The position numbers were made by a program, and so were the translations under genes. Below the pieces are notes generated by a model. The model was not told the origin of the DNA. It searched no databases and saw nothing but the letters and a program-made list of their open reading frames with translations. From IMG/VR virus record IMGVR_UViG_3300042566_001512, positions 62,001 through 126,000 of that record: 64,000 nt of DNA; one strand, written 5' to 3'. This document shows positions 38,427 through 48,822 of the stretch, piece after piece (positions within the stretch are counted from its first letter, which is position 1; each line of letters begins with the position of its first letter).

Positions 38427-38580
38427 ATGGGATTGGAAAGATTCTTTCACAGATGAACAGCTAGAAAAAAATGCTAAAAGAATATCTAAAATAGCAAATG
38501 TTACTTTGGATACTAAAACAGACAAGCTAGCAGTGGCAAAAGAATCATCTATAATTCTACCTAGTTATTTTAACTGGTAA
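38411..38580 (+). pseudogene. Orphaned alternative 3' end of the 36491-37075 gene
   Basis: LLQWGWDWKDSFTDEQLEKNAKRISKIANVTLDTKTDKLAVAKESSIILPSYFNW* aligns to the current C-terminus. Confidence 0.8.
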
Positions 38581-38678
38581 TTACTTATCATAAATGGACA
38601 GTGCTACACTGTCCATTTATGCCTTCCTATTAAAATACAACAACATATAACTTGTATGTAACAAAAGACGGATAAGTC

Positions 38679-39062
38679 ATGTCTACTACTTTTAAATGGG
38701 CCAGACGAGCTAATCCTGGCTATGAGGTATCTAGCAAGGGCGATATTAGATTCTCTGCTTTTTATGCTATTCTTCCAAATGCAAACAGCATAGAGTGGAC
38801 TTACCAGACTCAAGTAAAAGGCTATCCCAGTATTCGTGAGGGCAAAGGTAAACCCCCGTTAGATAAAACCGTTGACCTGTGGAAAGAATATTTGCAATTA
38901 TGGAGAATCTGGGCAAACAGCAACATACCGCTAATGAGAGAACTATACAAGTCGGCATCGGCCAACGGATACACACTAACCGACATGTTTGCCACATCTG
39001 AGGTAAATCAGGCCAGAGCACTAGCTACAGTCCTCAATGAGCTGTGCGGATACACGTCTTAG
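38679..39062 (+). CDS. Conserved phage hypothetical protein
   Basis: YEVSSKGDIRFSAF...NQARALA. Confidence 0.7.
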   Translation: MSTTFKWARRANPGYEVSSKGDIRFSAFYAILPNANSIEWTYQTQVKGYPSIREGKGKPPLDKTVDLWKEYLQLWRIWANSNIPLMRELYKSASANGYTLTDMFATSEVNQARALATVLNELCGYTS

Positions 39063-39077
39063 TAAAAAGGAATTAAA

Positions 39078-39521
39078 ATGTATTTACAGACTGATTTTTG
39101 GTCAAACGTAAAGATTCGGTTTGACCATATTCTTTTTATTGATAATAGAGACAAAAGCGTAATTTTCCAAGTGTCTTTGAATCACAATAGACTTGATATT
39201 AAGTGCTTCTTTAGAAAAGTAATAAAATACAGCCTCAAAGAAAGAAACGAGAACGCGCAGTTTGCCGTAATTCATAATGGCGAAATTATGCCCATTTGCT
39301 GGTTTGATTTGGTACTTGATAACGCGGATGTAATCGGTAGAGACTTTGCATTTGGTACAAATTTGATACGGCTAAACGGAGTCATTGTGCCTCTTGGTAA
39401 TTTCCCTCCATTTGGTGAGAAAAAGGGAATGTCGTCTAAAAGATATTTGTATCTGTGGTCTAGTAACCGAAAATACAAAGTATTTAAGAGAGCGATCAAG
39501 TTCATAGCTAACAGGGTATAA
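39078..39521 (+). CDS. Hypothetical protein
   Basis: AAGGA RBS; 147 aa. Confidence 0.6.
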   Translation: MYLQTDFWSNVKIRFDHILFIDNRDKSVIFQVSLNHNRLDIKCFFRKVIKYSLKERNENAQFAVIHNGEIMPICWFDLVLDNADVIGRDFAFGTNLIRLNGVIVPLGNFPPFGEKKGMSSKRYLYLWSSNRKYKVFKRAIKFIANRV

Positions 39522-39529
39522 TTGAAATC

Positions 39530-40009
39530 ATGAGTAATCAAACACAGGCAACTAATGCTATTGGCTTCGCAGTCAAGCCTCTAGTTTGGAGCGAAAATCA
39601 AAATCCAAACAGCGAATGCCCTTACCACCACTGTACAGCACAGACTCCCTTTGGTAGTTTTCTACTAACGTGGAAAGGGTTTAAAAAGTACTATTTTGTT
39701 ACTGCCGACGAAACGCCCTGGAACGAATGGTTTGGATCTTGGGATAGTGTTGAAATGGCAAAATCTGCATGTCAGGCCGAATACTCTCGTAGAGTCCTGG
39801 TTTGCCTCGTTACTAAAAATGATGAGAGTCAAGTAGATTGTGATCTACAAATTCTAGAGATACAAACAAAAAAGCGTCGCGGCAACATAATCACCGAAAC
39901 ATCACCTATCAAGTTTGGCGGATGCCCTTTCTGTGGCAGCCAGTCGTGCGTAGATGGCGAATGCCGCCACAATGGTAAAACTCCACTCATCCCCGATATG
40001 AAGAAATGA
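39530..40009 (+). CDS. Hypothetical protein with C-terminal Cys cluster
   Basis: VKPLVW...; CPFCGSQSC. Confidence 0.6.
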   Translation: MSNQTQATNAIGFAVKPLVWSENQNPNSECPYHHCTAQTPFGSFLLTWKGFKKYYFVTADETPWNEWFGSWDSVEMAKSACQAEYSRRVLVCLVTKNDESQVDCDLQILEIQTKKRRGNIITETSPIKFGGCPFCGSQSCVDGECRHNGKTPLIPDMKK

Positions 40010-40097
40010 TTTCATATTACCCACTAGGAATGAGACCTAGTGGGTAATATGCCGCATCTTTAAATAATGAAAGAAAAATATAATACACAATCATCAA

Positions 40098-40445
40098 TTG
40101 AAAAAGAAAAAACGTCATGAACATCGAGCAATGCAAACAAACCCCCCTCTGTTTGAAATTAAAGTAGTCAAGGTATCTGATGCATTAGCCACTAACGTAG
40201 GTAGACCTACTCCACTGGGTAACCCCTTCATAATGAGGAAGGAGTCAGAGAGGGACTCAGTCTGTGATTACTACGATAGATGGTTTAATGACAAGATATC
40301 AGATCAAGATCCAATAGTACTCAATGAACTCAGAAAACTCTGGCTTCTAGGCAAACAACAAGGCTATCTGTACCTAGGATGCTATTGCGCCCCTAGAAGA
40401 TGCCATGCAGATACAATAGCTAGATTCTTAAAGCACTATACATGA
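40098..40445 (+). CDS. DUF4326-like protein
   Basis: VGRPTPLGNPF and LGCYCAPRRCHAD. Confidence 0.75.
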   Translation: MKKKKRHEHRAMQTNPPLFEIKVVKVSDALATNVGRPTPLGNPFIMRKESERDSVCDYYDRWFNDKISDQDPIVLNELRKLWLLGKQQGYLYLGCYCAPRRCHADTIARFLKHYT

Positions 40446-40930
40446 CCACGAAAAACCGACCTATTCGCAAGAAACCAAAGTCAAACACCCCGATTGTGTT
40501 TAGACTCAGTAAAGAGATGCAAGAAGCCATTAAGCGACCTCCTCGTGTATCTCTTAGTCGATTTAAAACCAATCAGGCGGACGCTACAGATTGGTTTAAT
40601 ATCGCATTTCGTATTCGTGTAGGTGTTCAGATAGCTAAAGAGGAATATACGCAAGACACCATTGACGACATGGTAAAAGCGTTCTCCTTCTGTGACGCTC
40701 TGTATAATCGCGCTAAACGAGATACTGGGCCCGACTGGTCGGTCTGTACGCAAGAAGAGCAATACATTCAAAACGCACTCGATGCAGTAGACGTCATGCA
40801 AGATGAGACTACTCGTAAAACACAACTAAATGCGCATCATATCGCTCAGAAGTTTATGCGTATCTTTGTAAAGGGATTCGACGAATACTTAGCTAAGGTA
40901 AATCAGAATGCCTCAAAAGCAATTTCCTAG
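40442..40930 (+). CDS. Hypothetical protein
   Basis: Coupled ATGA overlap; 162 aa. Confidence 0.65.
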   Translation: MTTKNRPIRKKPKSNTPIVFRLSKEMQEAIKRPPRVSLSRFKTNQADATDWFNIAFRIRVGVQIAKEEYTQDTIDDMVKAFSFCDALYNRAKRDTGPDWSVCTQEEQYIQNALDAVDVMQDETTRKTQLNAHHIAQKFMRIFVKGFDEYLAKVNQNASKAIS

Positions 40931-40952
40931 AAGTGACTAACGAAATCTCCAA

Positions 40953-41291
40953 ATGAAACTCTCAAAAGACCTGATAGATTATCCACGTGACGTGTTTACG
41001 GAATTGATCGACAACGATAGCCCGTATGCATTTTATCTTTTTCAATGGGTACTGTACCAAACGGAGGCAAAGCGATGGCGACTGAAGATGTGTCACGACG
41101 TGCGCACCTTTGACGGGCGCGAAGAGTACGGAGTGTGGCCCAACGGCACGCACTGCGGATCTTTCAAGGACGAAGAAGTGGAGTTCATCCGAATTAGTAA
41201 GGTCCAGCACGGGCGCGAATGGAAAGATCCTCGAAAAGATCCCGCTGCACCAACGATGTTTACCGCGGCCACCGGAAATAAACAGGGCTAA
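40953..41291 (+). CDS. Hypothetical protein
   Basis: 112-aa ORF. Confidence 0.55.
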   Translation: MKLSKDLIDYPRDVFTELIDNDSPYAFYLFQWVLYQTEAKRWRLKMCHDVRTFDGREEYGVWPNGTHCGSFKDEEVEFIRISKVQHGREWKDPRKDPAAPTMFTAATGNKQG

Positions 41292-41436
41292 CATGCTACA
41301 TATGCACAGAAAGCGACATGGCTCTTTCTGGTAATTGCCGTCTTTATATTGCTTCTCGTTCTTTCACATAGCTGCCATTTAACGGCAGTGTAAAATTTTT
41401 GAACAAAACGAGCCCCGTCAAACAACAGGAAAACAA

Positions 41437-42669
41437 ATGAGCATTCTGACATCTGCAAGCGGTGATGAGCAGGGCGACGAAATATCTAGGCTGCGCGCCG
41501 AGAACCTAAAGCTGGCATTGATTCCCGAGCTAGAGGCGACTGTACAAAGTCTTCGGGAGAGAATTGCCGAGCTGACGACATCACCAAGACAAAGGTTCTT
41601 TCGTATGTCCGGTAAGCTGGTTTATCTGAGAGTTAGTAATCCTGGAGACAATAAAGTGGTTCACCGAATCGGCGCCGTAAATGATCAAGAAGTTTACGGC
41701 ATCATGAAAGATTATCAAAAGAGAGAACTTGTAAACGAGCTCACCGCCGCAGCTACTCGGTTTTCTGGTACTCAACAACTTCGGGAAAGGATCTCGCGTG
41801 TTGAGCTTCAGGATTATTTGGATACGATCAAAAAGGAGATTGATGTTCTGGCAAATGCCGATCGGATGTCAACGGGCGAGCGGTTTAACAGGGGACAGAA
41901 CTTGAAAACACTTATCGAAAAGCTCTATGCCCCACCGCAGTCTGAGCATCACCCGGATGATGTTGCAGTGGATCGCTTTTCCGAAGCCATGAAACAAAAG
42001 CTGGGGATGGCTCGCTCCAAAGGTCGTGGCGACTGGCAGACTTGCAACAAGGAAGACCTGAGCCGGATGCTACGTGAACACGTGGAGAAAGGCGATCCTC
42101 GTGACGTGGCGAACTTCTGCATGTTCCTGTGGTCGCTTGGGCACGGGATCGCGCAGTCCGAGGAGCCGGCGGCTAGGGGTGATTCGGTTGCGTGGTACTA
42201 CGAGGTAAATGGCAAAGTTCATCTTGAGACAAGGCAACTCGACCACTACCATTTATCCGATGGAGAATACGTAAAGGGCCGTCCACTGGTGTTTGGTGAC
42301 ACCCTGCCGTCTCAGTCGAAATCTTCTTCCGAGGCAAACCAGCCTTTGACGAATATGTTAGATTACGAGTTGCTGCGTCAGTACGCTCAATATTCAAACA
42401 TCTCTTATTCGGGACTTTGTCAGGCTATCCTGGATGCGGCCCAGTGCGCATCAGCAAATACCAATAGACCTGCACTAGGACTAGACCGTTTGCGCCCATT
42501 CGTCCACGGACTTGGAAAGGCGATTCTGGCCGAACTTGAAGAAGAAGAAGCCAGTATTATTAAAGGAGCAGTCAAGTGTCAACATGTTTGGTCAGAAGAG
42601 TCCAAACAAAACGGCTGGCGATCTACCTGCAATATTTGCGGAAAAGAAGCGGCGGGAGGTGGACAATGA
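41437..42669 (+). CDS. Mosaic protein with Ead/Ea-like phage segments
   Basis: RELVNEL...GTQQLRERI and HPDDVAVDRF...VEKGDPRDVANF segments. Confidence 0.6.
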   Translation: MSILTSASGDEQGDEISRLRAENLKLALIPELEATVQSLRERIAELTTSPRQRFFRMSGKLVYLRVSNPGDNKVVHRIGAVNDQEVYGIMKDYQKRELVNELTAAATRFSGTQQLRERISRVELQDYLDTIKKEIDVLANADRMSTGERFNRGQNLKTLIEKLYAPPQSEHHPDDVAVDRFSEAMKQKLGMARSKGRGDWQTCNKEDLSRMLREHVEKGDPRDVANFCMFLWSLGHGIAQSEEPAARGDSVAWYYEVNGKVHLETRQLDHYHLSDGEYVKGRPLVFGDTLPSQSKSSSEANQPLTNMLDYELLRQYAQYSNISYSGLCQAILDAAQCASANTNRPALGLDRLRPFVHGLGKAILAELEEEEASIIKGAVKCQHVWSEESKQNGWRSTCNICGKEAAGGGQ

Positions 42670-42839
42670 GTCCAATTATGGCATTTATCTGGATGGTTTC
42701 TGGCTTAGTAGCACTTGCTATTGTTGGATTACTCTGTCCCTTTGAGTTTGTAGGTCGAGTTACAACGCTGATGATTTTGTGGGGAATTGCGACTTTGATT
42801 GCTTTTTGCTATTTTATACCGGATATCTTAATGACCTAG
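42666..42839 (+). CDS. Small two-TM membrane protein
   Basis: ATGA overlap; two hydrophobic helices. Confidence 0.55.
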   Translation: MSPIMAFIWMVSGLVALAIVGLLCPFEFVGRVTTLMILWGIATLIAFCYFIPDILMT

Positions 42840-43159
42840 AAGAATTCACCACCGTTGGGATTGTCGCGGCTGGCCTTAACTGACCATGTGTGTTTGTGTG
42901 CCGGCTCACCGATAAGGTTTGTGTCCCCACAGAGACATACGTATCGGGGGTGAAACGCGTAGGCAATTTTATAAAATTCAAAAATGAAAACATGGCCTTT
43001 CCCCCCACCTACCGGCCCTATTCCTTGGACTCCGGAGCAATTGGCTAAATATAAAAAAGATAAACAAAACAGTTTACCTTCTTCGCCTATTTTTAAAAAA
43101 TAGTTACTGTGGCTAAATAACACGTTATAAACCTCAACACGTTTTAAAAGGAAATTTAA

Positions 43160-43780
43160 ATGTCTAAACACGCACTGGTAGTATCGGTTGAAGATTTTGA
43201 GAATAAACCAAAAATCGAATGGAACACCTTTATGATGTCTCGTGATATATGCGAGACAGACGAGCGCTACTTGCAGATCATTCCGTACGTTACGGTGGTT
43301 AACGAAAAAGGCGATTATTTGGTATACGAAAGGGGCTCTTCTGGTCAAGAAGAGCGACTTCGTAAGAAGCTATCGATTGGCTTGGGTGGTCACATTGACA
43401 ACCCCGTAACTGCCACGCTAGATGAACTAATTGCGCTAGAAGCGGCCCGTGAAATCGAAGAAGAAGTGGGTGTGTCGGTAGACGTAGCCGTCATTAAAGA
43501 AGCGCTTCGCTATGCATATTTCATTAGACTGCAAGGCTCCAGTGTTGACCGCGTACATCTTGGCGTGTCTATTAAGATCACTATGGACTCCAGCCAAACG
43601 TTTAACCTAGAGGAAGGCGTTATCCTTAACCCAATGTGGATGCCCGCTGCCGAGGTCTCTCTTTATTTGTCACTAAAAGCCATGATAAAGCCAGAGGCTC
43701 TTTCGTGGGAATTTGAACCGTGGTCAGAATACGTGCTACATAAGGAACTCCTGGATCTTGTAAAGAAAACAGCTAGCTGA
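43160..43780 (+). CDS. Nudix hydrolase
   Basis: QIIPYV, GLGGHI and AAREIEEEVG. Confidence 0.85.
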   Translation: MSKHALVVSVEDFENKPKIEWNTFMMSRDICETDERYLQIIPYVTVVNEKGDYLVYERGSSGQEERLRKKLSIGLGGHIDNPVTATLDELIALEAAREIEEEVGVSVDVAVIKEALRYAYFIRLQGSSVDRVHLGVSIKITMDSSQTFNLEEGVILNPMWMPAAEVSLYLSLKAMIKPEALSWEFEPWSEYVLHKELLDLVKKTAS

Positions 43781-43801
43781 CGGCATAGAAAGTTTCTTTG
43801 A

Positions 43802-43833
43802 CATAAATAGGCGACACGTGTCGCCTATTTATG
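43802..43833. terminator. 32-bp perfect palindrome of the hairpin family
   Basis: CATAAATAGGCGACAC|GTGTCGCCTATTTATG. Confidence 0.65.
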
Positions 43834-43864
43834 AGTATTAACTGCTTTTTTTAATGAGATTAAA

Positions 43865-44653
43865 ATGGCTAATGAAAATTCTAAAAAATTGATGAAAATC
43901 AAAAACAAGGAACTCAAGGATCTAGTTGCCAGTTCTATAAATTCCATGACGCTTAGCCATCACAAAGAGCTTTTGCCGTTTATATTCCATCAATACGATC
44001 TAATTGAATATTACCAGTATTTTGATAAATTAAGTGATTTCTTTGTTAACCCGTTAAGTTCAGATAATCGCAGCTATCACAATAAGCTACACTCCCAGGC
44101 CGTATCGCTTAACTGCTACGAGGCCATCCATCATACGGAGTTGCCTATTAGTAAAGAGGATAAAAAGGCCATCCTACTAGCCTCGCTTTTTCACGACGCA
44201 AACCATTCTTACGGTCTATTGCAGGATTCCGCAAATATTAGCAACGCAATAACCGCGTTTAATAACGCTCACGATTGCGCAAAACACCAAGTTACTCAAG
44301 AAATAATCAAAAAGGCCAAAAAGCTAATTAAATACACACAGTACCCATACGTGGCCATGTCAAGGCACATAACCTGGCACTGCGCACTGGTTATTAGAGA
44401 CGCAGACATGATGATGGCGTACGAGCAGGACAGAGTTTGTGCCGACCTACATATTGGTTTATTTAACGAAATAAATAACTCTAGAGATCATTATTTTGAA
44501 CCAATAATGAAATTTAATTATTTTCTAGAAAACAATGAGCAATTTTTACAGAGAATTGTTTGGAACACTAGATGGGCAAAGAAAAAAGCGTTCAATCATA
44601 ATTTTCCACAGCGCGTTAAAAACATGAAAGCTTTGATCGAGTCGGCAAAATAA
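43865..44653 (+). CDS. HD-domain phosphohydrolase
   Basis: YHNKLH, LFHDANH and IRDADMM. Confidence 0.85.
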   Translation: MANENSKKLMKIKNKELKDLVASSINSMTLSHHKELLPFIFHQYDLIEYYQYFDKLSDFFVNPLSSDNRSYHNKLHSQAVSLNCYEAIHHTELPISKEDKKAILLASLFHDANHSYGLLQDSANISNAITAFNNAHDCAKHQVTQEIIKKAKKLIKYTQYPYVAMSRHITWHCALVIRDADMMMAYEQDRVCADLHIGLFNEINNSRDHYFEPIMKFNYFLENNEQFLQRIVWNTRWAKKKAFNHNFPQRVKNMKALIESAK

Positions 44654-44799
44654 ATAAAACGTTATAGGGTGCACGTTAAGGGTCAACCCTTAACGTGCAC
44701 CAATTATGTTTTCAATAAAATATTTATTTATAAAACAGCAATGCTGCTTTTAATATTCATTTATTTTAAATGAAAAAATCATAAGTTTATATATCAAAA

Positions 44800-45123
44800 A
44801 TGACTCAAATAACCAAAATTCGTACTTCAAAAAACTCTTTGCGAAAAAGCGGTAAATTTAACTATTGGTCAGCTGAGCAGGTCCTTGAAGATTTGCCTAA
44901 TTTCAACAATAGTGAATTTGTAAACAGGAATTTAAAATATTTGCTGACCAAGGCACAAGATCACAATGTGACAGTATACGCCGAGAAAGGGCTTTTTTAC
45001 CGCTTAGTATTTCCAGCAAAAAATATTTTACCACGTGAGAGCCTACGTGAAGGAAACGAAGTAATTGTCATCACCCAAAACCAACTCAAGGTTCTAGAGA
45101 TTAACATTGTTAGATTGAATTGA
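44800..45123 (+). CDS. Hypothetical protein
   Basis: 107-aa ORF. Confidence 0.55.
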   Translation: MTQITKIRTSKNSLRKSGKFNYWSAEQVLEDLPNFNNSEFVNRNLKYLLTKAQDHNVTVYAEKGLFYRLVFPAKNILPRESLREGNEVIVITQNQLKVLEINIVRLN

Positions 45124-45683
45124 AAAGGAATAACTATATGGGCGATTATTACGCAATAGCCACCAGGTTTAAACTGAAAAAAGATACACCAAAAACTATA
45201 GAAAGTTTTTTTGACGTTTTGTATGGTGCGGGAGGACAGTCGCGCGATATCGAACTACGCTCTAACGTGTTTTCTGAACAGCTAACAAGCATTGGAATTG
45301 ATATCGATAGCTTAGCGTCGTCCGTAAGACTCGTTAGCCTTTGTCACGATGCACACTGTGTGCGAGGTAAAGAAAATGACGTTTACTATTCATTTGCCTC
45401 AACAAAATACCCTCGTAAAGAATTATATCAAAAACTATTTACACAGATTCTCGATTATTTGGATGTATCGCAGGGCGACGTTTTATACACCCAAGTGTGG
45501 GAAGATAGTTCTGTAGAAGTGTTTTTGTATGTCGACCCTTCGCTAGAAGCCATAAGTTGCGCTGAGGCTAAACTTTACAAATACGAAGATGGGTATATGT
45601 TAGATGACACACACCCTTACAATCTTGAAAAAGGTGTAGATAAGCCTAAAATGAAAATAAACAATTTCTTTGATTTAGTCTAA
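45120..45683 (+). CDS. Hypothetical protein
   Basis: Probable start at the internal ATG after AAAGGA. Confidence 0.6.
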   Translation: MKRNNYMGDYYAIATRFKLKKDTPKTIESFFDVLYGAGGQSRDIELRSNVFSEQLTSIGIDIDSLASSVRLVSLCHDAHCVRGKENDVYYSFASTKYPRKELYQKLFTQILDYLDVSQGDVLYTQVWEDSSVEVFLYVDPSLEAISCAEAKLYKYEDGYMLDDTHPYNLEKGVDKPKMKINNFFDLV

Positions 45684-45866
45684 ACAATAGTAAATTCATC
45701 ATGGACGAGTTGTCAATTAAAGAGGCTTTATTTTTCCGGGAAATAGACGAATATCAGGCAAGTAGACTATACCGGATATTGTCTATATCTTTTTTACTGG
45801 ACAGGTTTACCTAATTAAATAAACAAATAATGTTATTTTTTATTTATTTTTAATCACATATTACAA

Positions 45867-46136
45867 ATGAGACATTCAGATAAAAACGCATTAGACTCTG
45901 AGCCCTGTTCAAAAATAATGGTAACGACCAAACTGTTTGACATTCATGCTACTAGTGTAAATAAGTTAAACGAAACACACTTCACGTATCCTGTCGAATC
46001 AAAACACACGCCCTTGCTTTATATGTTAAACCCGGTTGCCAGACTTTACAGATCTAATAAAATCTATTATTTAAAAAAGGTGCCCATTTACCGTAGTAGA
46101 CTTCCCTTTACGGGGTTTATTTTGGATGAGCTGTGA
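45867..46136 (+). CDS. Hypothetical protein
   Basis: 89 aa; start overlaps a promoter-like motif, so it is uncertain. Confidence 0.4.
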   Translation: MRHSDKNALDSEPCSKIMVTTKLFDIHATSVNKLNETHFTYPVESKHTPLLYMLNPVARLYRSNKIYYLKKVPIYRSRLPFTGFILDEL

Positions 46137-46163
46137 ATGTTATCAAGTGACATGGATATATAA

Positions 46164-48185
46164 ATGATAAACGCAAAACAGGAAATTGATAAGCTCAGAA
46201 AGCTTATTAAGTATCATAATAAGAAATATTACGTCGAGTCCGACTCCGTAATATCCGATGAAGAATACGATAAACTGTTTAGAAAACTACAGACTCTAGA
46301 GAAACAGTACCCAGAGCTCATAACAAAGAACTCGCCAACGCAGACAGTGGGCGCTAAAGCGTCTAAGACGTTCAAAACGGCCAAGCACACAGTGCCCATG
46401 CTCAGTCTGAAGACGGAAACGGATTATACGCAAGCTGGTGTTGATAATTTCATAACCAGACTAAGTCAAGAGTTAGGAGCGAACGATATGGCCTTTGTGA
46501 GCTATGTTGCCGAGCCTAAGTACGATGGCCTTGGCCTGGACATCACGTATTCTAACGGATCACTTACCCTGGCCTTGACCCGCGGCGACGGAGACACAGG
46601 TGAGGTGGTAACAGAAAACGCCAAGATGATACAGTGCGTGCCAGCGCTCATTAAGAGTCACGATAGACTGCCTATTAATCACCTACAGTTGCGCGGAGAG
46701 GTAGTCATGAGCAAGTACTCTTTCAATGAAGTAAACCAAGCGCTGCTAAAAAAAGGTTATAAAACCTATGTAAACCCACGCAACGCCGCATCTGGTGCAC
46801 TCAGGCAACTAGATCCTCTAGTAACCAAATCAAGAAAATTGAGTTTTTACGCATATAGCTTAATATCAGTAAAGCCCGATAGAAACTTCAAATCTCATTC
46901 TGAGCAACTGTCTTTCCTGGAGTCATTGGGGTTTACCTTATCTGAGGAGATACGAAAAGCTCAAAACGCAGAAGATCTTAAACAATACCACGAAAAGCTA
47001 TATTCAATACGGAAAGATTTGCCGTATGAGATAGACGGCGTCGTGTATAAGGTAGATTCTTTAGATCACCAGAAAAGGCTAGGTTTTGTTTCCCGTGAAC
47101 CAAAGTGGGCGGTGGCGCATAAGTTCTTGGCTCCTGAGGAAAAAACCAAACTTATAGCAATAGACGTACAGGTGGGCAGAACGGGAAAGCTCACTCCTGT
47201 TGCTAGACTGGACCCCGTGTTTGTATCTGGTACGACAATAACCAATGTAACTCTGCACAATGTTTTTGATCTAAGGTCCAGAAAAGTTCGAGTCGGCGAT
47301 GAAGTATACGTCAGAAGAGCCGGCGACGTTATTCCGGAGATCACGGGCCACGTGCAAGACGCACGTATGGGCTACTATCGCAATTTTAGTATGCCGAGTA
47401 CCTGCCCGGTTTGTAGTGGTCCTGTAGAGCGTCAGAAGGGCTCCAGAGAGTACCGCTGCACCAATAAACTATCCTGCCCTGCTCAGTTAATAGGCTCTAT
47501 AACGCATTACGCCAGTAAGAAAGCAATGAACATAGAGGGTCTTGGCGACAGGACAGTGGAGTGTTTAGTAAACAATAATCTTCTTTTTAACATAACCGAC
47601 ATTTATCGCCTTTTCGATAAAAGACAAGAACTCTCTAAGCTCGAAGGGTTCGGTACTAAAACAATAGAGAATCTGTTTGGCGCCATACAGAAAACAAGAT
47701 CTTGTTCATTCTCTAAATTTCTTTATTCACTGGGTATCCCAAATGTGGGGGAGAACACGTCAAAGATATTGGCAAGTCGATTCGCCGACCTTAACGACCT
47801 AAAGGCTGCTAGTTTAGACGAACTAAAACAAATACCTGATATAGGACCCATTTGTGCAAAAAGCATAATTGGTTTTATGTCTAGCAAAGGCTTTGAGGTG
47901 GCCCGCCAGTTATATTTTTCCGAATTAAATATCGAAAAAAATATTAAAATAATTACAAACAAACTACAAGGTAAAACTTTCGTAATAACCGGTAGCTTTG
48001 CGCAAGTTGATCGGGAAAAATTAAAATTGGAAATAGAGAAAAACGGCGGAAAAGTTTCTGGTACAGTAAATAAAAACACCGATTATCTTGTGGCCGGAGA
48101 GAATGCCGGATCTAAGTTAAATAAATCAAAAGAGCTGAATGTAAAAATAATAGATTATTACTTTCTAAAAGGAATGTTGGAATGA
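46164..48185 (+). CDS. ligA: NAD-dependent DNA ligase
   Basis: EPKYDG, TRGDG, NPRNAASG, EIDGVV, RAGDVIP, CPVC...C...C Zn finger, HhH and BRCT. Confidence 0.97.
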   Translation: MINAKQEIDKLRKLIKYHNKKYYVESDSVISDEEYDKLFRKLQTLEKQYPELITKNSPTQTVGAKASKTFKTAKHTVPMLSLKTETDYTQAGVDNFITRLSQELGANDMAFVSYVAEPKYDGLGLDITYSNGSLTLALTRGDGDTGEVVTENAKMIQCVPALIKSHDRLPINHLQLRGEVVMSKYSFNEVNQALLKKGYKTYVNPRNAASGALRQLDPLVTKSRKLSFYAYSLISVKPDRNFKSHSEQLSFLESLGFTLSEEIRKAQNAEDLKQYHEKLYSIRKDLPYEIDGVVYKVDSLDHQKRLGFVSREPKWAVAHKFLAPEEKTKLIAIDVQVGRTGKLTPVARLDPVFVSGTTITNVTLHNVFDLRSRKVRVGDEVYVRRAGDVIPEITGHVQDARMGYYRNFSMPSTCPVCSGPVERQKGSREYRCTNKLSCPAQLIGSITHYASKKAMNIEGLGDRTVECLVNNNLLFNITDIYRLFDKRQELSKLEGFGTKTIENLFGAIQKTRSCSFSKFLYSLGIPNVGENTSKILASRFADLNDLKAASLDELKQIPDIGPICAKSIIGFMSSKGFEVARQLYFSELNIEKNIKIITNKLQGKTFVITGSFAQVDREKLKLEIEKNGGKVSGTVNKNTDYLVAGENAGSKLNKSKELNVKIIDYYFLKGMLE

Positions 48186-48571
48186 AACTGCAAATCAAAA
48201 CACTTAGAGCTGCAATTGTTGGTTACTTTCTTAATTTAATTTATTATTTTAAGAAAAGCAATAATCACGAATCTGTAAAAATGGAAGATCCTCCGTTAGT
48301 GGAATATAACCAGAGTGAACCGGAGGTTATGCAAGAGACTAATCAATCGGAAAATCCCATAATGATTGATATTAAACAGATAGTGCGTATCACATCGGTG
48401 AGAACCGTTAAAGTCGTGGAGCACCATTATCTAGCTGTTAGTTTTGATGGACAGCCACCGACGATGCTGCAGGTACCTAAAGACGATCTATCTGATTTTA
48501 CGATAGGCAAAGAGTTGATAGTATTGCCCGGTGGACTGCATCCCCTGAATCGAGCACCGGTTGTCCATTGA
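48182..48571 (+). CDS. Hypothetical protein
   Basis: ATGA overlap with ligA. Confidence 0.6.
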   Translation: MKLQIKTLRAAIVGYFLNLIYYFKKSNNHESVKMEDPPLVEYNQSEPEVMQETNQSENPIMIDIKQIVRITSVRTVKVVEHHYLAVSFDGQPPTMLQVPKDDLSDFTIGKELIVLPGGLHPLNRAPVVH

Positions 48572-48633
48572 CGCAGTGACAAAATAAATACGGGGGGTTG
48601 CTCCCCCCTATTTTGACCAATAGGAGTATTCTA

Positions 48634-48822
48634 ATGGGCAAGCTTTTAATAAATCTTATTTTGATCTTTTTGTTTGTTTGGGTTGTAATTATCGCATTTG
48701 TTCCAATAGTAAAGGTCATATTTGCGGTAATTGTGGCCATACTGAGTGCGGTATTTTCAATCTTTTTCTACGTGCTTATATTTGCGATGGTGGTGGGTAT
48801 TGTTTTGTCATTGCTAAAATGA
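48634..48822 (+). CDS. Small highly hydrophobic membrane protein
   Basis: AGGAG RBS; two TM segments. Confidence 0.6.
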   Translation: MGKLLINLILIFLFVWVVIIAFVPIVKVIFAVIVAILSAVFSIFFYVLIFAMVVGIVLSLLK

